The position numbers were made by a program, and so were the translations under genes. The notes beneath the pieces were generated by a model that was not told where the DNA came from, ran no database searches, and saw only the letters and a program-made list of their open reading frames with translations. From Pavona decussata (lineage: Eukaryota): a stretch of 64,000 nucleotides of DNA. Location: assembly GCA_977016875.1 (NCBI GenBank), contig CDRNST010000123.1, forward strand, positions 5,952,001 through 6,016,000, written 5' to 3'. Numbering within the stretch: position 1 is the stretch's first letter; the number at the start of each line of letters is the position of its first letter. Positions 38,938-49,734 of the stretch are shown here, piece by piece.

Positions 38938-39263
38938 CCCCGGGAGTGGGGGGAACCCCACGTAAAAGTGACAGGAGTTCATCGTGGGAAATTTTGAAAA
39001 TAGCCCCAAAAAGGCATTAGAATTCTGTTTTGTGAGCGTGGTCCAAACAATTTTTTACGCCTAACAGGTACCAACTCTAAAACAATATACTAAACATTTA
39101 CTTCCTCTCATATTTTTCGGTTCAATACAAAGGTTCCACCATACCTCTGACGGAAGTCATTTTAGATTTTGGCACCCTAAGGGGTACCAAACCACGAATT
39201 TTAACCGCTAAATGGTACGACGATCAACCCCGTCACTTTTGTATGGGAGTCACCCCCCAGGGG
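38938..39263. mobile_element. MITE just downstream of the paralogue 1 stop codon
   Basis: CCCGGG..GGGGGG..CCCA.GTAAAAGTGAC.GG / CCCGTCACTTTTGTATGGGAGTCACCCCCCAGGG imperfect TIRs. Confidence 0.6.
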
Positions 39264-40696
39264 TAATTTTGTATTTTTTTCCCCAAAAATCTTTCACGTA
39301 ATGTTTGCGTTGGGTGCCCCCCATTATTACAATTAGCGAACTTCAGATGGGAGTTTGTCACGAGATTGAGGATCTCCACTCAAATTTGAACGTTATAGGT
39401 CACTAAGTGTCACACGGTCGTGCCACAGTGGTATTTCGTGTCACCAGACTCCTTTGGTAATCCTGGCCCACATCGTAATCATGTTGTTACTGATCAGTGA
39501 CAGAGAGAGTCACTGGCCTTGGAAACTTGACTGATTTGAAATTAGGTACCTTGTGGTAATCATACCGTTAAGAATCTTGCACTCATGCCATGACCTCCAT
39601 CAGTCAATGAAAAAGGTCTCAGTAGGTGTTATAGACCTTTTCAAACAGCAAACTCTAAGCTAACGGAACGTAAAGTCGCATCCGATACTAGCGTTAGTGG
39701 TTTGTTCGTATTCATTCTATTTTCGTTTACTCTTTGCCCTCGCTCCTGCGAAGGCCTCATTACCTGCCACTGTTCCCCCCCCCCCCCCCCCCCATTTCTC
39801 CTCTTGGGGAGGAACGCAGACCGGGCTGGAAAGAGCATCAGAAATTCGTTAGGCCAGTTACACAGTCATAGCTTTCCTCTCAGAAGGGGAAGGGATGGGG
39901 TGAAAGAAGAGAGGCTAATTTGTTATAACTGTTTAGTTGTAACTTTGTTTGTACTGTGAGCTCGTCCAAAGGGCATGCTCTAAATTGTATTTTTTAAAAT
40001 ATCATCCGGGAAAGTCTCGCTGTACCACAGGGAGTACTGCATGGATCAAGCGAGGCTTGAAAACCAAACATTTTGCTGTGCGTTTGTCAAGGATGCCAAC
40101 TTTTAAAACTGGCGTGTAACGTAGTATAGTTCGGACAGTATGTAATGGTTAGTTATATAAAGTGGACGTTAAAGTCGTTTCAGCTATTCAAGGATCAAAC
40201 AAGAAAACATCAACCCCCCCTCCTCCCCCGGGTGGGTACTCCCCCCCCCCCCCCCTATATAAGGTACATAGGTATGTGCCGCCCCATGCGAAGCTTAATT
40301 ACGCTACAGCAAAGGTCTGAAAACGGTTATGGAAAATGGCATGTTTTGGTCTGAAATAGGGTCAGGATTTGGAGAACCGGGCGGCACATCCCTACCGAGA
40401 ATTCCGAGGAATACGCCCCCTCTCCCCCCACCCGGTGTCAACCCTTCCAGTGGCTAGTAAGTATCAACGGTTCTCAGTTAGCCGAAAGTTAACCTTGGGA
40501 GAGCAGTTGTCCTCTATTCGAGATATTTCAGCTGTGTTCAGCATGTTGCTGCCGGCGAGAAACACACAAGAGCGACTCCTCGATGAAGCATCGAAGCATT
40601 TTAAGCTGGTTGCGCTCTCTGTTAACCACCGGCAACTTGTTTCCAGTCCCTGAAAACGCGGCTTGCGAAAGTGTTGACGTTCTCTTAAATAGACCA

Positions 40697-41325
40697 GCGG
40701 TTACAGTATATTATTTACTCTAAAGGTTACAGTAAAATAATTATTTAAACGTATAGCATAAGTGCCAATTCACTAACCGCACTCGAGAGAAACTCTCAAG
40801 TTACTTTTACACGAATGCAATCGATATTTAAACTGGTGTTCTTGTATACTGAAAAATTTAAATCACTTTATTTAAGTGTCAATGTATTTAGCACAGAGCA
40901 GTAATTGGGAACACTTTCCAGGTCGAATTGGGATTTAGAAATCTTGGTTTTTGAGGAGAGGGGAAAACCTTTCAGAGCAAAGACAAGAACCAACAACAAA
41001 CTCAACCCACATATGACGCCAAGTCCGGGAATCGAACCCGGGCCACACGGGTGGGAGGCGAGTGTACTCACCACTGCGCCATCCCTGCTATCCTTGGATA
41101 TTTGTAGGGCGGTTACAGTATAGTATTTACTCTAAAAGTTAAGTTAAGTATTTAAACTTATATCATAAATCCCAATTCACTTACCACACTTGAAAGAAAC
41201 TCTCAAGTTACTTTTGCTCGAATGCAATCGATATTTAAACTGGTGTTCTGGTGTAAAAAAATATATATCACTTTATTTATGCCTCAATCACAGTATTTAG
41301 CGCAGAGCACTAATTGGGCACACTA
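40697..41325 (+). repeat. ~215-bp diverged direct repeats (40697-40915, 41109-41325) that include the SINE 3' tail
   Basis: GCGGTTACAGTATA.TATTTACTCTAAA...CGAATGCAATCGATATTTAAACTGGTGTTCT...TAATTGGG..CACT is present twice. Confidence 0.85.
40863..41089 (-). mobile_element. tRNA-derived SINE
   Basis: Minus strand: A-box TGGCGCAGTGG, B-box GGTTCGATTCC, body GTGGGTTGAGTTTGTTGTTGGTTCT, ending ...ACACTTAAATAAAGT. Confidence 0.88.
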
Positions 41326-41612
41326 TGATCTGAGGGAAAAAGTACGACTTCGCGCTTTTGTCAGATCGTATTTTAATTGAAAATGAGCAACTGCTATTCG
41401 AGTAGAATTAAATACATTTGTTAGCACATTTGTTAACGTAAAATCAGTAGGTAACATAGCCAATATAACGGTTTGGTTTTGAGTTTAAAAATAAAGTTGA
41501 CTTAAAGTCAAGTTGTCGGTTGTAGTCTATATTCTTATTGTTGTTTCTCAAACTTAATAATTCATAAAGAGAAAACAAATCACTTCCGTCAAGGAGATTT
41601 GGATATGTGATC

Positions 41613-41682
41613 GTACACTTTTTTTTTTTTTTATAGGAATTTATTTTATAAGAACATCGAGGCTAAAATTTGCGACATTTTT

Positions 41683-41718
<36 letters not shown>

Positions 41719-41950
41719 AAAGGAATATAATTGTGTGTTTTCGAAATACAATACCATATAAAATTCTTCCTTTCTCTAAACAGCAAAACTAGCGAATAAA
41801 ACGATACAAACCTGCACTAGCCAAATGTTCGATGCTAGTGACAGTTCGATGGCTTTTATCTAAGAATATTCACAAGAATATTTTCAGCCTAACATCGGCA
41901 GAAAAATAAGAATATTCATCCTGGGCCGGAAAAACAATATTCTTATGTGT
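41613..41950. mobile_element. Second copy of the 20150 MITE family
   Basis: Shared internal sequence ATCGAGGCT.AAAT, AAACCTGCACTAGCCAAAT, ACATCGGCAGAAAAA. Confidence 0.75.
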
Positions 41951-42021
41951 GTAGTTATCATAAAAATTTGGTGAAATTTTGCTTTGAATTTCTCCAAGAA
42001 TTGTTAATAGTTTGAGAAGTA

Positions 42022-42165
42022 TTATATCAAACACGAGAAAGCGTGTTCCATCCGATTTCCAAACAGCGAGAATTGGGTTGAAAGAAAGATCCGGAACCGA
42101 GGTCTACCTTTTTAACTAACCTCGAGGTGTTTGGAAATCGGATGAAACACGCCCTTGTGTTTTAT
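42022..42165. mobile_element. Palindromic MITE
   Basis: AAACACGAG...CGTGTTCCATCCGATTTCCAAACA / TGTTTGGAAATCGGATGAAACACG...GTGTTT. Confidence 0.7.
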
Positions 42166-42997
42166 GTTTCACAACACGCCGAGTCGAAAAGAGATAAGAA
42201 AGACTGCCAACCAAGCCACAAGCAAAGGCGAAACTTGGCAGTCCAGAAATGCACGTTACTGAGATTCATGAACTGTATAATAGGTATCACAAGGCGTCCC
42301 CTAACCTTAATTCTCGCCAAAACACACATAATTCTGTCAAACATGAAGCCATATGAAAACGACAAAAAGGCTTGATTTATATGAAGTACCCAAATCCAGG
42401 GTTAGGTGCATTTCTGCACATAAGTGAAGATAAGTGAACGGGATAGAAGAAGTTGTTTGATGAGAGGACTTTATTCTGACTTGAAAGATTGTTTTTGTCT
42501 TGAACTTTTTGCATCAGCGGACGTACTAAAACTATGATGAGGGACGTTCCGATATCTTGAGAACAAAATTACGATTTGTTTGCAAACCTGCATTTTCTGT
42601 GCCTCAAACCAAGACTTGGCGAAATCCTATAACCACCCGGAACTTGTGAGACTTACTTTGACGGCCAGAAGACCTGTACCACGTTTATCACGTCACTTAG
42701 AAACTCATGGAAACTTGGCCGGCTCAAAGTTGCCTAGTTTCGGCATCGCTTCCTACCAGGCCCTCCTGGTCAATACGTTTCCGTGACGGCGTAGCAGTGA
42801 TGGCCCTGTATCCATGAAAGTTTGGATAGAAAATATCCTGCCCCACCCCCCAACCCCCCCCCCCCCCTCCCACCAAACTCGGTTGATTGGGCAGGTACAC
42901 ACGAACTCCTTGCTCACACACTTTTCAATTTCTCTGATTTGCGTGCATGACAACACTGTTTGAGAGAGTTTACAAATTGAAATGTGTCTTGGTGTTC

Positions 42998-43173
42998 AAT
43001 AGGCCATTTCCGAGTTGCTGTGAACCTCACTATGAAAGTGAGGCTAAGTGCAAAACTTTTCATATAACAATTAATTTTGTTTGCATATGAATGAAAACTA
43101 ATTTGATAACAAAAACTTCGCACTTAGCCTCGCTTTCACACTGAGGTTCAAAGCAACTCGGGAATGGTCTATT
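42998..43173. mobile_element. Palindromic MITE
   Basis: AATAGGCCATTTCCGAGTTGC / GCAACTCGGGAATGGTCTATT with the arms continuing to a central loop. Confidence 0.85.
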
Positions 43174-46100
43174 GTACCCCACATTCTCATGGAAGGAGTA
43201 CATAAACTCACTGGGAAAAATATCTTCTCACCTAGGCAGGTAAGATCATGCCTCACTCTGTTTGTTGCGTTCGACAGAGAAAGAACGCACTCGTAATACA
43301 GATTGGAGTTGAGATTGTATTGGGACGCGTATATCTGGCATCCACCACAGATTTTGCAGGAGCGGATGACATGATCATCACCAGCAAAGGATAGAGAGCC
43401 AGGGGTCGAGATAATCGAACGCACTCCCCATAATCTTTGGTTATGACTAGTATAATGCCATGATTCTGCCTCTGTTCGACTGCTTTTCATGTGTCTGGGA
43501 TAGCACTGGGATAGCTGAAGCAAAGGAAACAAAAAGTATTTAGATATAAGCAGACGATACTGTTTAAAATTACCTTAAACGCGAAACGGTGATGATGAGA
43601 TTTTGTTTCTTCTGCGGCGCTCCGTCTTCACCTGGGTCTTTGGCGAGCAGAAATGAAAGTTTGACCATATACGGAGTTGAACTAAAGGTAAATTGGCCAC
43701 GGTAAAGACAGGGGCACCCAACGAAGATTATTTGCAAAATGAGGGATAATAGACAAAAACATGATAATGAAACACTAATAAAACATTTTTTGGAGTTTTT
43801 CGATGTTGCTGTGAGAAAAAAAGGTGTTCCGCACTTCCAGGAAGACAATGAGTGAAATTCCAGCTCCCAGCTAGATAATGAGGGAAATTTCCAGCCAGCC
43901 GACTTTGTGTCATTGTTTCCCAGCCAGCAAATTAAAAGAGACAATTATCAGGTAAACACCATTGCTTGTCTTCTACAATCTCTCGCAGCAAAGGCCTGGA
44001 CCGTTAACGCTGTGAACATTGATACGAGTTAAATTATAAGATTCCTGAAAATGATTTTTTTCCCTCAGTGATGGTCAAGACTTGCCTTCACCGCAGGCTT
44101 AAAATTCGGTCTTTAAAACAATGTTAACGAGTGACATGGAAACCTCGGTTAGGTTTTAATCGTAAACAACCATGCCTTAGTTTACTCGTTATTAGGAGGC
44201 TATCCAAGCGGGCCCCTACGGGGAGAGGGGTTACAAATCCCATTCCCCAGCTCACATATTATCCACATACCATTTTCAAGTAAAAGCAGGGCAAATCTGA
44301 GTTCCCATTTCCCCCTTCAGCACCCTCCGTTGAAGTCATACCTAGAGCTTGAAGAGAAATCAACCGGTCGATTAAAAGAAGATGCAGGACGCCAGGCATC
44401 ATCTGATTCAGCATAACCCCTAAACCGTACTCTATACTCATATTCATGTGTCTTGCTATTAATCCGCCGATCAATAATGTCATCCACTTCAAAAAAAACC
44501 ATGCTGTAAAAGATCAAGCTTTTCATCCTCTTCAATATCACTCTCTTTACTAGATTCGTCTGCACAAGTGTCATAAGCTGTTTCAGGAGAAAGGTGGAAC
44601 TGAGTAACCCATTTTCGTTAAGGAGTCAAGGCTTTCTGCAGCTAGCTCATACACACCATTTTCTACTTGTTCTGCGCAAGTTGACTGGGCCCAAAAGAGA
44701 ACTTCCTGATATCCAATCAGACACCAGAACATCAGCAGGCACTGACACTGTGTTGCCATTAAGCTGATAAAATGAACACCTACAACGGCAACCCTTTCCT
44801 TTCTTTGACGATGCACTGAAAATGTCGCTTCCACCATTTTCTTGCAGAGATATTATCCTACCAAGTTTGAAGTACTTTTTCTTTCCTTTAATTGCCTTGA
44901 TAGCTACATCAAAAAATTTCACAATGTCCTGGTCAGGGTCAAGGGGGGATTTGCCTGGCAAGTAAATAGATGCTATGTGTCTTTGTGAGCGATTACGAGA
45001 AATGAACTCTCTTGGAAGCAGCATTTTGATTGCTGTACTCACATGCATGGTGCTGACATGGCCTTTCTCTATCCTACTGATACGCCATGCTTCTTTTTCA
45101 ACACACTTATTCTCATCCTTCTCACACAAAACAATATTGTCATTATTACCATCACCATTTTCATCTGCACTACTACCACTGACAACTGACAGGACTTCCG
45201 AACTACCATGATCCTCATCATCAAGAGAACATTCCAATTCAATGTTGCCCAACTGCTGAATGGTTTGTAAAGGTTCTGAGATAGAGAAATCCAATTTGTT
45301 ATAACTCATAGGCAAGCCATGGTCTCCTATGACTTTCATTCCTGTGGGCATATTGAATTTAAATGGCATTCCCCATGAATCAGCCTTCTTGAGGGAATCC
45401 ACAGCAGCTGGAGGAAGGTATTTCTCCAGCTGTGATAAGGGAAGCAAAATACCTTCCTGGTGGGCCAATTTCTGCTCATTCTGATACTCAAAGAAAGAAG
45501 AAGGGTAACTGTACTCCTCCTTTGTCCCATTATTGGGTGTTTGTAAGGCATAGGCAAGCTTCTTGCGTGCAGTTGTTGGTTTAACTTTGACACCTGAGAC
45601 AGCCAACTTTTTCTCAGCTTCCTGATTAAACTGTACTGAAGCAGCCTTATCAATATCAAGCATTTCCCCAAAGGTAGGTTGACTATTGAGGGACTGCACC
45701 TGGACAGTTTTACCTTGCAACTCACCGATAATACGTTCGGTTGACTTTGTTCCAGAGCAGTAGGGAGAAGACCACCTTGGCCCCAGTTCTTTGAAATGCA
45801 AAATTTTTTCTCGCAACCATAGGTAGGGAAATTGTCTCTGTTTGCTGGAGTTGTTTTTGCAGAAGCCTTTGCACGTAGTCTTCCATTTTGGAGTTGAACC
45901 AAACGCTTCCAATGTCTGAAGATGGTTATTCCAGCTGACAAGGACGGTTGCACTTGTGATAGGGTGCCAAAATTTAAATTTCTGAAAGGTTCTGTCAAAA
46001 AGTTTACAGCTCTGATATACAGGCTTGTGCCTTGAGATGCAGAAACATCCTTGTCAGGGAGGTCTGCTGTTCTGATGGTAAAAAGGCGGTCACTTGCATC

Positions 46101-47180
46101 AGGATTTTGATCAAAGAAGGAAGCCACCTTCCTCTTTGCATTTCTCTCTGAGTGCTTTCAGATGGTCAATGGTAGCAATGCAAAGTGTGGACCCTTTGAA
46201 GAACGTCAAATCCATGTTTGGATATTTCAAACATTTTGCAAACAGCCTTCGCACATGTTCATAATCAAGATAAGCAATAAAGGGCAACTTGAAATAGTAA
46301 GGGGCAGCAAAAATCTCATCGTCAACTCCAAGCCTTAAAAAATAAATACCAGCTCGACTTTAAGAAGGAGTCATAGATATCAGTGAAGCTGCAAGAGAAA
46401 AGCCCGCCGAGGCTGTGGAAAAACCCAACAGGTTCAGAGGTTTTTTCCTCATACAGCCATTGGGTTTAAAATGAGCTAATCTTCGGAGATGTTCAAGGTA
46501 TTTCAAGAGATGTGTGGACTTGTAGCCACTATTTGGCGTTGGCCACATACAGTGAATAATATTAGGTCTTGACACAGATGTTAGGGATGAAAAGTTGTGT
46601 ATAGAAACACTTTAAGCCAACAAAGAATTGCTGATTAAATTTTCAATCAAAGTTTTCAACGCAGAAAAGTCATCTAAGTCCCCATTTCCACTTTTCCTTG
46701 GAATTCGCAAACAATGATGACCCCAGTTCTCCACTGAAGGATCAAAACATCTTCCAACAAGTTCAACACCACCATTAATGCTTTTCCGGGGCTCCAAATA
46801 ACGCAAAGCTCGTGCTTCGTCACTACATTCGATCACTGGTATATTTGAATAAACATCACATGCTTTTTCCAAAGCAGCCTCATTCAAGCCTGGATACAAT
46901 TTGTTACTTCCGCTATTCAAACTAGCAGTTGTCTTACCACAAAGGCCAACAATGTCAGCCATAATACTGTAATTTCTTTCACCAAGCCTGTTTTTGTGTA
47001 ATGAACTAATGTCTTTTACAATATCTAGGTACCTGTGATTGTTTTTTAACTTTCCAACTAAATTCTTCATCACAGTTATTTGAAGTGGATGCTCACGAGC
47101 AATGTTTTCTTTTCATAAGTACGTAAATTATGATCATCCGGGTGAGTGTAGTCCTGAGAAGGACTGTTTGTGGTGACTTT

Positions 47181-47223
47181 GACTGACGTTTCGACAACCT
47201 GAGCGGAAGTCATCTTCAGAGTC
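47181..47223 (-). ncRNA. Minimal type I hammerhead ribozyme motif (intact GUC)
   Basis: GACT-CTGAAGA-TGAC(ttccgctcaggtt)GTC-GAAAC-GTC-AGTC: CUGANGA and GAAA cores, stem I GACU/AGUC, short palindromic stem III. Confidence 0.7.
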
Positions 47224-47228
47224 AAGTT

Positions 47229-47271
47229 GACTCTGAAGATGACTTCCGCTCAGGTTGTCGAAACGCCAGTC
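47229..47271 (+). ncRNA. Minimal hammerhead ribozyme motif (GUC mutated to GCC)
   Basis: GACTCTGAAGATGACTTCCGCTCAGGTTGTCGAAACGCCAGTC. Confidence 0.55.
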
Positions 47272-49734
47272 AAAGTCACCACAAACAGTCCTTCTCAGGA
47301 CTACACTCACCCGGATGATCATAATTTACGTACTTATGACATGACTCCTGGGTTCAAACCATTTACAATGTTTTCTTTAAACAACCCTACCAAATCAAGG
47401 ATGAACTTTGCATCATCCTGATTGTCAACAGATTCCACCAACACCTCTTCCCAGTCTTTATGGGTGCCAACAACACGTAGGAGACCACTGCTTAGTTTTT
47501 CAGCCCTTCTTCTGCGATGTTTTTCCATCTGCAGAGCTTCCCTTTGTTCGTTTACACGGGCATAGCTTGTTCGAAGACCCACTTTGCCAATCCTGTGGTC
47601 ACTCTGTCCATACACGGCGTTCCTCCTCTTCCTTAAGTGTTCCTTAAGGTCTCTCAGTTGCTTGGCACAGTTCACACAAGTGTATGGATGATTTCCCTGT
47701 GTATCAGCAAAGCCCAAACAAGGTGGCACAATACTCATTATACCACCCTCAGTCCTCACTTGCCACTCAAACACCTTCAAAGTTGCAGGGTGGGGAATAA
47801 ATGCAGATCTAGGTGAGTTGGCAGCTCTATCAACAAGATTTCTGTGCTGAAGAGGGTGCCTTTTTTTCCACACTCTGTACTGGATACATTCCTTGTGTCC
47901 TGGAGCATTACATTTAATTTGCCCAGTTTTGGACATTTGACGGAACAATGTACGCACATCTGACCTCCGAATCTGAGTAGCATCCTTGAAATGTTTAACG
48001 ACCTCTGGATCTCATATAAAATGACACCTGACTTTTTCATTTGTAGATCCAGAGGTCCTTTTTAGTTTAAAGAATGCGTAGTACCAAAAAAGGAATGGAG
48101 GTTAGACTGCAACTTTCCAGGTTTTTCATCCTTCTTTTGTTGCGATTTTTTACCTTGAGGGGTCACACCTTCTTGGAGTGCTGACATTTCCAGCTTAAGC
48201 CCTTCGTTAGAACGGTTTTATTTTACTGACGACGCGTCACATTTCAAACGTTCATGGCACATCCTGAAAACGTGTTCGTGTCCAACACCACCGAAAAAAA
48301 ATACACATACCAAACTGTCTACGACATAACACGATGATGCAGCGACGTTTCTCTCTTGGGAATAACGAAACTTTATCGAACATTTTTCCACGTGCAAATC
48401 CCATTCCCAGTAGTAGAATCGGCTAGTCAATTCGCAACAATCACCAATAATGTGACAAGAACGCCTGCCACCACTCCATCGTACAACGAACAGGTGGGGA
48501 GCTTTTCGACAGTGACGTAAACCGGCGCCCTTAAAACGACTATGAGAACGATCCGTCCTGAATAAGGCTGGGAAAAATACAGGCGCTAGTACTTTAGCAG
48601 TCGGATACGCGGATGTCAGCCAGTTTCTGCAATCGAGAATGTTTCAGTGAAGTGTTCAAAGCCCGGTTCAATCGTTGAACTTTGCATATACTGAACCTAA
48701 TGTAAACTTTTGTTAATTTACATAAGGTTCGGAACATGTAAAGTTCGACGTTTGAACCGGGCTAACTTTAGAGAACTCGATCCGAAAGTAAAAAAAATAT
48801 GCGCTAAATATTGCATCAGTACTAGTCTTCCGTACTTTCACAGCTTTGGCGACTTTCCAATAGGTTACGCCGTTCCGTGACATCTTCGCAAATCGACGTA
48901 AACTCTTTGAGTCGAGAAGTCGTGATCACTCTCTGATTTCGCAATTGTTCGGATGTGAAGAGAAAGAGCTGCTATATGTACAAAACTGAGAGTTTTCTAT
49001 AGCTATCAGTCCTTGAAAAATACTTGAGTCGCAAAAATTTTGGTGCGACAAGGAATATAATGCTGCGCGCGATCTACTGAAGTTCACTGAAGTTTACTAA
49101 ATAAAGATTGATGTGATAATTTTAATGTGATATGAAATGCAGAAAATTGTAAGTAGTTCTCAGACATACAAAACGAGTATTGACGACATTTAGCAAGACA
49201 AGCTAACGACAGACATACTATAACGCCTTGCATGCACAATTTTAGACCAACTAGCGGAAGTTTGCCGGAGTAATGAAAGAAGGGGGTTCAAACGCACCAA
49301 TCACTGTTTACAGTCTTCACAGCCAATCACAACACAGCCTACTGACAGAGGTGGCCAATACCGTACCAGGAAGATCTTAATTTACCGAATCAGGAAATGC
49401 AGAAATCTTTGTTGGTGAGGTTGCCTGCAAATAACTGGCCCGCGTCTCCGAGCGGTCCTGTTTGCTGTTTACACTTTACATATATCTTTGAACGTTTTCT
49501 AGTAGACGATATAAGATTTTCATTATGTATAAGAACTGAATTTCAAGATTGAAGACTGACACTAGGCTTAAGACAAACACTCTTGTTTAGCTTCCGCATT
49601 CATGTCTCATTTATGCCGGAATACTTGGTAAAATGAAACCAAACGTAACTGTCCACCCACTGACTTAGACACTTTTTAGAGACCATTCAGCATTGAACTG
49701 CATCGCATTTCACATGAATTTGTTTGCAAGCAGG

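Larger units (their letters stand above)
47113..47367. mobile_element. Penelope-like element terminal-repeat insertion: 113-bp-arm palindrome with 13-bp TSD
   Basis: Arms 47113-47225 and 47227-47339 (1 mismatch) plus a short tail. CAATGTTTTCTTT at 47100-47112 and 47366-47378. Removal rejoins the host ORF (LFKENIAREHPLQITVMKNL). Confidence 0.85.
44317..48187 (-). mobile_element. Decayed P-element/THAP9-like DDE transposase pseudogene with C-terminal chromodomain
   Basis: Collinear frameshifted ORFs carry CSDEAR (D1), GFSTASAG (D2 position, GCC instead of GAC), YLDYEHVRR (DxxH), DQNPDASDRLFT and GTKSTERIIGELQG (E). These are followed by FEVDDIIDRRINSKTHEYEYRVRFRGYAESDDAWRPASSF (chromo). Confidence 0.7.

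Noticed and set aside
41020-41089. tRNA gene
   Set aside because: Has A/B boxes but continues into a SINE body and lacks a proper acceptor stem.
47134-47421. Small ORFs across the palindrome
   Set aside because: They lie within the non-coding Penelope-like terminal repeat.
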